The notes below the pieces were generated by a model that saw only the letters and a list, made by a program, of their open reading frames with translations, searched no databases and was not told the origin of the DNA. Position numbers and translations under genes: made by a program. From Mobula hypostoma (Eukaryota): a stretch of DNA of 64,000 nt. The stretch is from positions 223,264,001 to 223,328,000 of the forward strand of contig NC_086097.1 in NCBI RefSeq assembly GCF_963921235.1, read 5' to 3'. The stretch's first letter is position 1. Every line of letters begins with the position of its first letter. Of the stretch, positions 25,010 through 36,215 are shown piece after piece.

Positions 25010-25849
25010 CTGTAATTTGTATGAAATTAAAAGTTCAAATTTGCATAAGGATAGACAGATCAAAATAAAAGACTATTTCTTAAGACCTTTTAATATTTAA
25101 AGCAAGAGAAATTTTATACACTTCGTGAAGTTAATAAATTCACTAAGTTTTAAAAAAAAGGACAGTAGGATGATATTCAAAATAGATTTGATTTTAGATA
25201 AAGGAAAAAGGGGATGATGGGAAATAAAGGCAGAATGGGCAAACCTGAACAGGAATAAAGGAATATGACATTAATTGTAATCAAATGAAAGATCCGAATA
25301 TATTTGTTGATCAGGCAGATTCTGGCTTGATAGCACTCTAACCAAGAATAATTTACAGCATAGACTGACTGAATAGGAAAAGGAGAAGAAATAACGTATT
25401 TTAAAATATATAATGTTAAGAACATTTTCACTAGTAACAGTGAAATTGGGTAACTGAAATGAAAGAGAAAAATTAATGAAACATTGCATGTTAGAATCAT
25501 CTAACATGTTGGGTCATCTAAATCTCAATGAAAAACATCAGTCATGATTTATACAAGTCAAAGAATCTTTGTGTATACATGTTATTGACATGTACTGAAA
25601 TTTTGCTCCACCATCTATCAAGTTTAACGTATTGATACTCAAAATGCATTTTAACTGATAATAGAATTGGATATTAAAGTTTTGTGAAATTCTTCGCATG
25701 GAACTTTATAAGCTCTTGTGGAATTGGAACAAAGTACAATATTGTATTTAAGTTTAACTCTTAAATGCTATGGATAAAATCGAATGTTTCTGATCGACTT
25801 TTTCAGTAATTATGGGTAGAATAGGATGTAACACTGAGAATTTTTAAAT

Positions 25850-26400
25850 CATTGGTCAAACCTCACTTGCAGTACTGTGAATAGTTTTGGGCCCCTTTTC
25901 TAAGAAAGGATGGGCTGGTATTGGGGAGTCCAGAGGAGGTTCACGAGAATGATCCCAATATTGACAGAGTTAACATATGAGGAGTGTTTGATGGTCCTAG
26001 GTCAGTACTTGCTGGAGTTCTAATTGAAGGGGAGGGGGGTTCTAATTGAAATCTATCGAATGCTGCAAGGCCTAGATAGTGAACGTGCAGAGAATGTTTC
26101 CTATAGTGGGGAAGTGTAGGGCTCGAGGGCATGGCTTCAGAATAGAAGGACATACCTTTAGAACAAAGATGATGAGGAATTTCTTTAGCCAGACGGTGGA
26201 GAATTCATTGCCACAAACAGCCGTGGAGGCTAAGTCACTGGGTATATTTGAAGCAGAGGTTGATAGGTTCATGATAGTAAGGGTTTCAAAGGTTATGGGG
26301 AGAAGGAGGAGAATGGGATAATAAATCAGCCATGATGGAATAGAAAAGCAGACTTCATGGACCAAATGGTCTAATTCTGCTCCTATATCTTATGATCTGT
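25850..26400 (+). mobile_element. CR1 3' fragment
   Basis: ORF 26079..26321 reads RARGHGFRIEG..RNFFSQ. Confidence 0.8.
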
Positions 26401-26604
26401 CTTCTAATCCAAGAAGCATCTTGGTAAACCATTTCAAGTCTCTACATCCTTCTTAAAATGGAGCAACTCAGTAGTTCAGGCAACATCTATGGAGGGAAAT
26501 AAACAGTCACCAGGACTCACACAAAACATTAACTGTTTATTTCCCACCACAGATGCTGCCTTACCTGCTGAGTTCCTCAGGTATTTTGTACGTGTTTCTC
26601 AACG

Positions 26605-26890
26605 TGGGCGCCACGGTAGTGTACCAGTTAGCGTGACACTATTTCGTTTCAGAGTTCAATTCCGGCACCGTTCTGTAAGGATTTTGTACGTTCTCCCTGT
26701 GGAATGCATGGATTTTCCCAGGCTGTCCCAGTTTCCCCTCAGTCCAAAGGCATAATGGTTAATAGGTGAATTGGTCATTGTAAATTGTCCTGTGATTAGG
26801 TTAGGATTAATCGGATTTATGGTGGGTAGCTGGGACCGCATGGATCAAAAAGCCGAAAGGGCCTACTATGCAGCTAAATAAATATATAAA
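26605..26890 (+). mobile_element. tRNA-derived V-SINE-like element
   Basis: B-box-like gagttcaattcc followed by the V-domain-like tgtacgttctccctgtg...cagtttccc..cagtccaaag. Confidence 0.7.
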
Positions 26891-27205
26891 TACATAGATT
26901 TCCAGCATCTGCAGAATCTTTTATGACCACCATTTCCTAATTAAATATTTTTAAATGTTATTTATGCAAACCAAAAAGATGGATGTTATCATTCCAACTC
27001 CCATACAATTTGTCTCTCTGAATTCATCTTTACAGACCCTCATGGGGATGCCCTATTACTTTGTTAAGATCTGCACTGTGAAATGGTTCATATTGTCAGT
27101 AAACTATGTACTACTTTATGGTAGGCCAGTGACGTATTTGTTTATCCTCCACGGCACGCAGCACATTCTGCCCCTGAAATGGGAATAACCAATTATTTGG
27201 ATATA

Positions 27206-27460
27206 TGCAACACACACAAAATGCTGGAGGAGCTCAGCAGGCCAGGCAGCATCTAGGAAAAGAGTACAGTCGACATTTCAGGCCAAAAGACCGGCAGGGC
27301 TGGAGAAAAAAGCTCCACCACCACTCTCCAGTTCTGCCAAAGGGTTTCGGCTCGAAACATCGACTGCACTCTTTTCCTGGATGCTGCCTGGCCTGCTGAG
27401 TTCCTCCAGCATTTTGTGCGTGTTGCTCGGATTTCCAGCATCTGCAGACTTTTCTCTTGT
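27206..27460. repeat. Foldback Penelope-pLTR-derived short element
   Basis: About 100-bp inverted arms gcaacacacacaaaatgctggagga... / ...tcctccagcattttgtgcgtgttgc. Confidence 0.8.
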
Positions 27461-27596
27461 TTGTGATTTGGATATACGCTTCAGCTAGGATAGGGTAATA
27501 TGGCAATTAAAACCTACTGGTACGTACTTGATTTTGTTCTCAGTTTTCAGTTGTGCTGCTGCAATAGTGCGTGCACATGGGGAAACAGCTGCATAG

Positions 27597-27870
27597 GGCA
27601 GCACAGTAATGTAGTGCTTAGCACAACACTTTACAGCACCAGTGACTCGTGTTCAATTCCTCCTGCTGCCTGTACAGAGTTTGTACGTTCTCCCTGTGGC
27701 CCTGTGGGTTTCCTCTGGGTGCTCTGGTTTCCTCCCGCAGTCCAAATATGTACCAGTTGGTAGGTTAATTGATCATTGTAAGTTGTCCTGTGATTAGGTT
27801 AGGATTAAATCAGGGCAGCATGGCTTGAAGGGCCCAAAGGGCTTATTCTGTGTTGTATCTCAATAACAAA
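27597..27870 (+). mobile_element. V-SINE-like element
   Basis: gttcaattcc box and V-domain gtgggtttcctctgggtgctctggtttcctcccgcagtccaaa. Confidence 0.75.
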
Positions 27871-28673
27871 GAAATTAAGACCATAAGGTATAGGAGCAGA
27901 AGTAGGCCATTCAATCATGGACTGATCCAATTCTTCCAGTCATCCCCACTCCCCTGCCTTCACCTCATATCCTTTGATGCCCTGGCTAAACTGAAATATA
28001 AAATTAAATATAGGAAGTTGAGTTAGTAGTTAGGCACTTCGCAAAATTATCTGAAAAATAAAAATGGAAGTGTTAGACCGGAATGACATCACCAGGGCTG
28101 GGGATAAATACAGTCTGTAGGCAAATAAAACAATGAGCCATTGGGAGAGGGGAAAATTAAAGTATAATCATGATTTTGTGTTTATTTTACAAGTAATTTA
28201 TTATTATATTTGTAATACGAACCCTGTTGGCATTTCATAATATATTTTAGGTAACACTGAGTTTATTTTTGAAAAATATTCTGCCCATGTTATAAATGTG
28301 GAATCAAGAACCACAGCTCACACTGGTATCGTATGAATATTCTGAAACAATGCTGAGAAAGATGAACTACTTCTAGTATGCCAAATTTTCAGGATATTGA
28401 ACGATATTCTGAAGGAAGTTCAAATTAAAATAGCGCACATGCATAAACAGAAGTAGCAGAAACAAAGAATTAGGGATATAGAATGTGGATTGGATGTTTC
28501 TTTTATAGGGAAAATAGTACAGTACTATAGAATCTGGTATAAAGTTGCACCTGTGCTCAAGTTACCTTCCCCCACCCACACACACTTGTGCAAACGTCAA
28601 TTATTGGAATTAAAAACTTTTGAGCCCTTTTTTTTTGCTAATTTCTTTGTCCAGGTAGCTTCAAGTTGCTCAC

Positions 28674-29126
28674 TTTACACATAATGCACGTTATGGGAAA
28701 AATAGGTTCCCAGATTATTAGACAGTCAGAGAGGAGCCTGAATCCAGCAGCATTGAGGAGAGTACTTTGGCAAGAAACTGGCAGAACGTGACCACATCCC
28801 ACATTGTGGGAAGATTTACTGTCATGTATCCAGGTACAGTATATAGATTGTATCAAGAGTATAAACTTCACCCCAATAATTTTTTTTTTAATTTCCAGGA
28901 TAACGATCATACACCAGACTTTGCAGTAATTTTAAGACATATTCTGGAGCCAAGCTGTCAAACACAAAAGGACTGCTCACGTTGCTGGAATTTTTAAAGC
29001 CAAAGATTATAAGCTTATTATCGGTGTGCCCTGCAGCAGGCATAGCACTACTTAACACTTCTTATTAAGAGAAACCACCACAACAATGTTCTGTGAATGA
29101 AGGCAGTCAAGATCAATAACATCAAG
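28674..29126 (-). pseudogene. Exon with frameshifts, covering the GREB1 Walker-A-equivalent region
   Basis: Acceptor ccttttaaacttattttag|CTT; donor AA|gtgagc. Peptides KLIIFGFKNSSNVSSPFVFDSLAPEYVLKLLQSL and LYTVPGYMTVNLPTMWDVVTFCQFLAKVLSSMLL, versus GREB1 QWTVP...GPPQIGKTGAYLQFLSVLSRMLV. Confidence 0.7.
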
Positions 29127-30539
29127 CTAAAATAAGTTTAAAAGGGACATGGTAATTGCTGGGGCTATAACACAGGAATGCTAAGTGTGATGAAGATTGT
29201 TTCACGACACTAGATGTGAGATTTTTAAGTTATTTGAAGTGATTCTGTAAAATTTTTAAAAAAGTATTGAATGCTAATGTGCACAGGTGAAAAATCAGTA
29301 TAATTTAGATATATCCAATAGCCTTTATGGTACTTCAAATATAGTCAAAGGCAGAGATCAATACAGACCTTTTGTCACTGAAAAGGAAAATCCTAATCTC
29401 TGAAATTATGAAATGTTTGGGAAATAGAAATATTCAACAGTAAGAAAGCATTTTCACCTCACCGTTGACAATTTTACATATATCTTTAAATTGTATACTT
29501 TTCTTCTAATGGAATAACAACACTGTATGAGAGCAGCCCAAGGACCATCTTGTCATAGGTAACCTCTTTAAACTATTTTCGGGAACTGGGCATTGTTGCC
29601 TACTCCTAATGGCCCTTGAGAAGGAAGTGGTGAGATGTACTTGAACCAGCACAGTCCTTCTGATGACAATGCCGTCATGGAGGGAGTTCTAAAATTCACA
29701 CCCAGTAACGATGAGGGAAAGGCTCCAGGTCAGGATAGTGTTCCCACGTGCTTGTTGCCCTTGTACTGGAGATGATAGATTTGGAAGGTGCTGTCAGTGT
29801 AGTCTGAGTAAGTGACTGCAGTTTATTTTGTCAATGCTGCACTATGCACCGGTGGTGGACGCCAGTACCCTGACTGGCTGCATAATGGTCTGGTACACAG
29901 GAAGCTGCAGAGAATCGTGAATTCTAGCCAATACATCACTGGCATGTCTCTCCCCACCATCGGAATTATCTACATGAAGTGATGCCTGAAGGAGGGAACA
30001 TCTGTCATCAAAGATCCCCACCACCTGGGCCATGTCAACTTTTCATAGCTTTGATTGGGTAAGAGGTGCAGAGGCCAGAAGTCCCACTTCATCAGGTTCA
30101 AGGACAGCAGCTTCCCTTCAACCACTGGGTTCTTAAACCAACCTGCGCAACCCTAAACACCACCTCCAGTATAGGAAAATCATGAACACTTTGCACTACA
30201 ATGAACTTTTTTTTTGTTCGAACTGTATGATTTATGCATTTCTGCACTAATCCTTTCACCCAAATAGATTTTCCAGTCTCTCATCCAATCCTACATCTTT
30301 TTTCCTCTGGGGTGTTTATGCCATCCTTTTTAATCTGGATTAATTGTTTTGCTCTTTCCCATTGTAACTATCCTTTTTACAACTTGGTATGCTGCACTCA
30401 GGTAACAAATCTTTCGTTTTGAGCGCTATAGCTATCAAATTTGTTTCAAGGTGACATATGATACCTGGATGCATGTCTACAGCACTGATTAAGCTGGCTG
30501 CTACATTCCTAGAGTGTCTGTGGATGCGCCAAACATCAA

Positions 30540-31950
30540 ATGAATCAGAACCCGGTTTAATATCACCGGCATATGTTGTGAAATAAGTTGTTTTGTGGCA
30601 GCAGTACATTGCAGTCATAATAATAAAAACTATAAATTAAATAAGAATTATATATATAAAATTTTAAAAAGTTGTGCAAAAAGAGAGAATAAATAGCAAG
30701 ATAAATAGTTGGTATAGGTTTGTTGTCCATTCAGAAATCTGATGGCAGAGGGGAAGAAGCTGTTCCTGAAATGTTGAGTGTGTGTCTTCAGGCTTCTTTT
30801 CCTCCTCCTCGGTGGTAGCAATGAGAAGAGGACATGTCCTTGGTGATGGTGGTCCTTAATGATGAATATTGCCGTTTTGAGGCATCACCTTTTGAAGATG
30901 TCCTCTATGCTGGATAGGCTAGCACCTATCAATGAGCTGGCTGCATTTGTAGCTTTCTGGAGCTTTTTCCAATCCTGTACAATGACTGCTCCATACGAGA
31001 TTGTGATGCAACCAGTTAGAATGCTCTCTACGCTACATCTGTAGAAACTTACGGGAAGCTTTGGTGACATACTGAGTCTCCTCAAGCTCCTAATGAAATA
31101 CAGCTGCTGTCGTGCCACCTTTGGGGGAGATGTCATCTCCGATCCACACAGTCTGTGGTCTTCCGGTGAGGAAGTCAAAGATCTAGTTGCAGAGGGAGGT
31201 ACAGAAGTCCAGATTTTGGAACTTGTTTAGAACTAAGGGTATGATTGTGTTGAAGCTGAGCTGGAATCAATAAACAGCAGTCCGATTACTATTACTTTTG
31301 TCCAGGTGGTCCAGGCAGAGTGGAGAACCAGTGAAATTGCATCCACTGTTGACCTATGGTGGCAATGGGCAAATTGTAGCAGATCCAGGTACTTTCATAG
31401 GCAGGAGTTAGTCCTGGCCATGACCAACCTCTCAAAGTACTTCATCACAGCAGATGTGAACGCTACTGGGTGAAGTTTGATTAAGCAGCTCATCCTGCTC
31501 TTCTTGGGCATTGGTATGATTGTTGCCCTTTTGAAGAAGGTGGGTACCTCTGACTGTAGATGCTCTTGAACACTCCCGCCAGTCAGCTGGTACAGGTTTT
31601 CAATGTCCTACTGGTTGCAGCATCAGGGCCTGACGCCTTGCAAGGGTTCACCCTCGTGAAAGATGTTCCGACGTTGGACTCTGAGACAGAGATCACAAGG
31701 TCACCAGATGCTGCAAGGATTCACACAAATTTAGTTTTATTCTCCCTTTTAAAACATGTATTTTTTAAAATAAAAAAGGGCACAGAGCTCATCTGGGAGT
31801 GAAGCATCACAGTCATTCATGATGTTAGGCTTCACCTTGTAGGAAGTAATGGCCTGCACACCCCTCTTCAGAATTGTTTTCTTGCTCTTAAAATAGCCTT
31901 TCACCTGCACGTCTTATATAGATCACCATCACTGGTCTTGAATGCCACAG
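30540..31950 (-). mobile_element. Degraded Rex1-like LINE
   Basis: ORF 30885..31178 reads ARQQLYFIRSLRR..FYRCSVESILTGCIT. Confidence 0.75.
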
Positions 31951-32344
31951 ACCTACCCTCAGCAGACCACAACTCTCAGAATATCTGCCTTATTTCAAGC
32001 CTGCTGCATAACTAGGCAGTTTATGCAACACAGCTGCATGAGCGACTCATCAGAGTACAGAATATTTCCGAGACAGAGCCAAGGGCACACGCAGCAAGAA
32101 AAGGTGAGGAAGAGGAGAACGAAAGGGGGGGCACTCAACAGAAAGCATTTGTAGCTGACGTGTCAGGGAATGGGTCTACTTGCACCTCTGAGTGAGAGTC
32201 TGAAAGAGACCTAAGTTTCAGTTCCAGTGATCTCATTGAAATACAGTTCTTGCTGCAGGAACTACCACAGTCTCAGGGAAAGACAAGAAGAGAGCTAAAT
32301 GTGCCTGTCAAGGAAATTATTTAGATGGAAACTTCCTGAGTAAA

Positions 32345-32690
32345 ACATACAAAAATTCGAAAGGTACTCAGCAGGTCAGGTAACATGTATGGAAAGGATT
32401 AATCAGTTGAGATTTCGGGCCGAGACCTTTCATCAGGACTGGGTAGGAAGAGGGAAGAAGCCAGAATAAAAAGGTGAGGGGAGGGGAAGGAGTACAAGCT
32501 AGAAGGTGATAGGTGAGACTTGGTGAGGGGAAAAGGTAGATGGGTGGGGGAAGGGGGAAATGGAAGTGCTAAGCTGGGAAGTGATGGGTGGAAAAGGTAA
32601 AAGGTAGAAGGAGAATGAATCTGCTGGAGAAGAGAGTGGACCATGAGAGAACAAGAAGTAGGAGGGGCACCAGAGGAAGGTGTTGATCAT
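32345..32690 (-). mobile_element. Penelope-derived pLTR/UTR fragment
   Basis: Same pLTR as 35570-35675 on the minus strand, including cagtcCTGATGA...GAAA. Confidence 0.7.
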
Positions 32691-33073
32691 TAACCAACCT
32701 AGTTATTTGTTTAACTGGGAAATTTATCCTGGAGTGAGTTAAATAGCATCTATCCCAAGGGAACAACTCATTTTTTCGAAATAGTTAATGCCAGTTCCTC
32801 ATTAATAAAATCCCTTTCTTCTCACATCAGCTCTTCAGCCAAGCATTTAAATTTTTTGAGTTTGACTCCAAGGAAAAATGCTGAGCAGCCTCTCAGTCAT
32901 GCTCACAGAAATAGTTATAAGAAATATTACAGAAAAGGGAACAGGGAATTGTTAGCAATTCCCAAATGTTTTGGTCAAACGTCATCAAACTTGGAGCCCA
33001 AGGAAAGTACTGCTTTCTAATTTACACATTTAAATTGATACCACTCATCACTGATCTAACCCGAGAAGCTGCA

Positions 33074-33881
33074 ACATGTGGAAATATGGTTAATTGGGCC
33101 ATAGTTTAATCAGGGCAGCTGTTTATTTGGGACAATACTAACTAACCAAAAAGTAACCAAAAACAATAGCCAGGAAGGCCTTCATTTATTTGGGACACTA
33201 TAGCGTTTAACTGGGGCAGGAGACTGTTTCTAACTAGTGCTAGTCATGTGCACTTGTGTAGCCGTTGGATACTACAGCGTGCTTAGAGTGAACAGTTTTT
33301 AAATAGCATCAGTTGCATGTGTTTGTGTTCAAAAAGCAGTGATATTTGTCACTGATTATTGAGGAGAAATAAGCAGTAAGACAACTCCGAACAGTTTTGT
33401 TCACCGTGGTTTCAAGCATTCAGGTTTGGAGTTGCGAGGAATGGCTGGGAGTGAAAATGAAACAATTCTCCCACTTCAATAAGTTAGGAATTACGAAGGT
33501 ATCAAGAAGCATCTTGAATGTTAAAATGAAACAGAGGATGCAATCGTATAAAGGCATTATATGAAGACAGCCCATTATCTGTACTATGTGTCTGAGCTGA
33601 TTTTGTTCATTTACAGTCAATCAAAAAAAAACACGGCACATGAACTTCTCTGTCTAACTATGAGGAACTAATACACAGTTTATAGTACTGTACAGGTATT
33701 GGTAGTGTTCTAATTTGTTCTGTATTTCAATTAAATACATAATTTGTTACTCAGTTAAATGGTAGTTTGTCTTTTTTATATCCTAATTATTTTCATGAAA
33801 CTTCTGCTAATTGGGGCAGACACTTAATTGGGCCAAAGTGTACTGGTCCTGGTGTGTCCCAATTAACCACAATCCACTGTA
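33074..33881. mobile_element. Non-autonomous Tc1/mariner (Tigger/pogo-like) element
   Basis: Imperfect TIRs gtggaaatatggttaattggg / cccaattaaccacaatccactgta. Confidence 0.6.
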
Positions 33882-35070
33882 CCTGAAGCAAGTGAACAAG
33901 CATATCTCTTAGCTGGAATTACACCCTTGAGATGAGAACATTAAAATATTACAGGAATAAAAACCAAATGCACTTGCAATGTGACGCACAAAATTTAAGA
34001 AGCCTACTCTTTTACTTTGACCAAATTTCTGACAGTATGTGGACAACTAGCTACTTTTCCCATGAATCTTTATCAGTTTAGCTGCAGCAGCGAATGTACA
34101 CCTGGATAATCTAATTCTGTCAGCAGAGGAAGGAATGCTTTCAAATTAAGCTTGATCAGTCTACCAAAACCCTGACTTCACTAGTGAAAATAAACTAATC
34201 CAGATTGATCTGAATCGCTGCAGCAAATCTACACATACCAAAATGTTGACGGCAATTAGTTCTTATCAGGGTAAAAAAGGGTAGGTGGTCTGTTATTAAA
34301 ACCTGGAACAGCTGATTTAGATTACCAAAGAAAGTAATTGTAGTCACTCTCTGCTTCAAATCAAAAATACTTGCAACTACTGTGGCTAGTATTTGATTTT
34401 AGTTCTGAATGACTCTTAACAATGATTTATTTGCTTTTTAAAAACATTTTAAATTTCTTGGCATCACAGACCGAAGTGGTGGAGATCATAATTGCGAAGA
34501 GAATTCAGCTTATTAAAGTTCAAATTCCTTTCCATTTTCACTTGAGTTTCAGGTCAGATCTGGAGCAAAGTTCACGCTGCTGTAAAATATTTGATGATTG
34601 CCATAACATTTCAATGGCAAGAGGGTCAAATACATACCAAGTTACATGCCTTCTACTTCAAAAATGCTATGCAGCAACCAGTGATTTTTGCACCATTACT
34701 TTTTCGCTACTTCTACGCATCTCTGGACCAAGGTTTAACATTTTCATGCTCTACTCCCTAGATGAACACGTCTTCAGAGGATTTACTCCTACAACTATTA
34801 ACAAGGACACTCTTCAACTAATTCAGATGAATGTAACAAAGAGCCCATCTTCACTTTTAATTTTCACCCATTTTAAAATCCTGCATGTAAGGCCGAAGGG
34901 GATTAGAAAAATCAAGACTGCAGGTCCACGTAACATGAGTGCACTGCAGTCTAACCATCTCAAAGCTTACTTGTTAAAACCTTAAGCCACATCAACTATT
35001 TCCCATACCTGACCCAAAGCTTCTCTGCATGAATAAAGACATGAGCAAGAACAGGTTTAGTTATGATGAA

Positions 35071-35675
35071 CAAACACCTACGCTCTGTCCGCCACAGAAA
35101 GCAGGACCTCCCAGTGGCCACACATTTTAATTCCACATCCCATTCCCATGCTGACATGTCTATCCACGGCCTCCTCTACTGTAAAGATGAAGCCACACTC
35201 AGGTTGGAGGAACAACATCTTATATTCCGTCTGGGTAGCCTCCAACCTGATGGCATGAACATCGACTTCTCTAACTTCCGCTAATGCCCCACCTCCCCCT
35301 CGTACCCCATCCGTTATTTATTTTTATACACACATTCTTTCTCTCACTCTCCTTTTTCTCCCTCTGTCCCTCTGCCTATACCCCTTGCCCATCCTCTGGG
35401 TTCCCCCCCCCCTGTCTTTCTCCCTGGACCTCCTGTCCCATGATCCTCTCATATCCCTTTTGCCAATCACCTGTCCAGCTCTTGGCTCCATCCCTCCCCC
35501 TCCTGTCTTCTCCTATCATTTTGGATCTCCCCCTCCCCCTTCCACTTTCAAATCTCTTACTAACTCTTCCTTCAGTTAGTCCTGACGAAGGGTCTCGGCC
35601 TGAAACGTCGACTGTACCTCTTCCTAGAGATGCTGCCTGGCCTGCTGCGTTCAACACAACTTTGATGTGTGTTGC
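35071..35675 (+). mobile_element. 5'-truncated Penelope-like element (GIY-YIG C-terminus plus pLTR)
   Basis: ORF 35063..35284 reads LPVATHFNS..LRLEEQHLIFRLGSLQPDGMNIDF. Perfect 15-bp TSD TTTAGTTATGATGAA at 35056-35070 and 35676-35690. Confidence 0.9.
35578..35613 (+). ncRNA. Minimal type-I hammerhead ribozyme motif in the Penelope pLTR
   Basis: AGTC-CTGACGA-AGG(gtctcgg)CCT-GAAAC-GTC-GACT: conserved core, stem I AGTC/GACT, stem II and palindromic ACGT stem III. Predicted cleavage after C35609. Confidence 0.8.
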
Positions 35676-35802
35676 TTTAGTTATGATGAATCTCAGTTAA
35701 ACAGTTAGCTTTTGAATCATTTTTACAAATTTTCAGCAGGAATTATTAGTCAAGATACACTCAAAGATTCTCTCCAAATCAAAGTTATTAACTGCTTAGG
35801 TG

Positions 35803-36215
35803 AACATAAAACATAGAACACTACAGCACAGTATATGATGCTATGCCAACCTTTTAACCTACTTTAAGATCAATCTATTTCTTCTCATTTACATAGCCTC
35901 CATTTTTCTATCATCCATGTGACTAAGAGTTTCTTAAAAGCCCCCAATATATCTGCCTCTACTGCCACCCCTGACAGCGTATTCCATGCACTCACCACTG
36001 TGTGTTTTTTAAAAAAACCTGACATTCCCCCTATACTCTCCTCCAATCACCTTAAAATTATGCCACCTTCTATTTGCCGCTTCTGCCCTGGGCAAAAACC
36101 TCTGGCTGTCTTCTTGATCTATGTCTCTTGTCATCTTGTACATTTCTATCATGTCACCTTTCATCCTCTTTCACTCCAAAAAAGCTCTAGCTTCCTCAGC
36201 CTATCCTCATATGAC
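35803..36215 (-). mobile_element. CR1 3'-end fragment inside the large pseudogene exon
   Basis: aacataaaacatagaaca tail. Minus strand reads VVSAWNTLSGVAVEADILGAFK. Confidence 0.7.

Noticed and set aside
34422..34985. 187-aa + strand ORF as an independent gene
   Set aside because: No recognisable motifs. It lies antisense to the decayed giant exon and is best explained as a shadow ORF.
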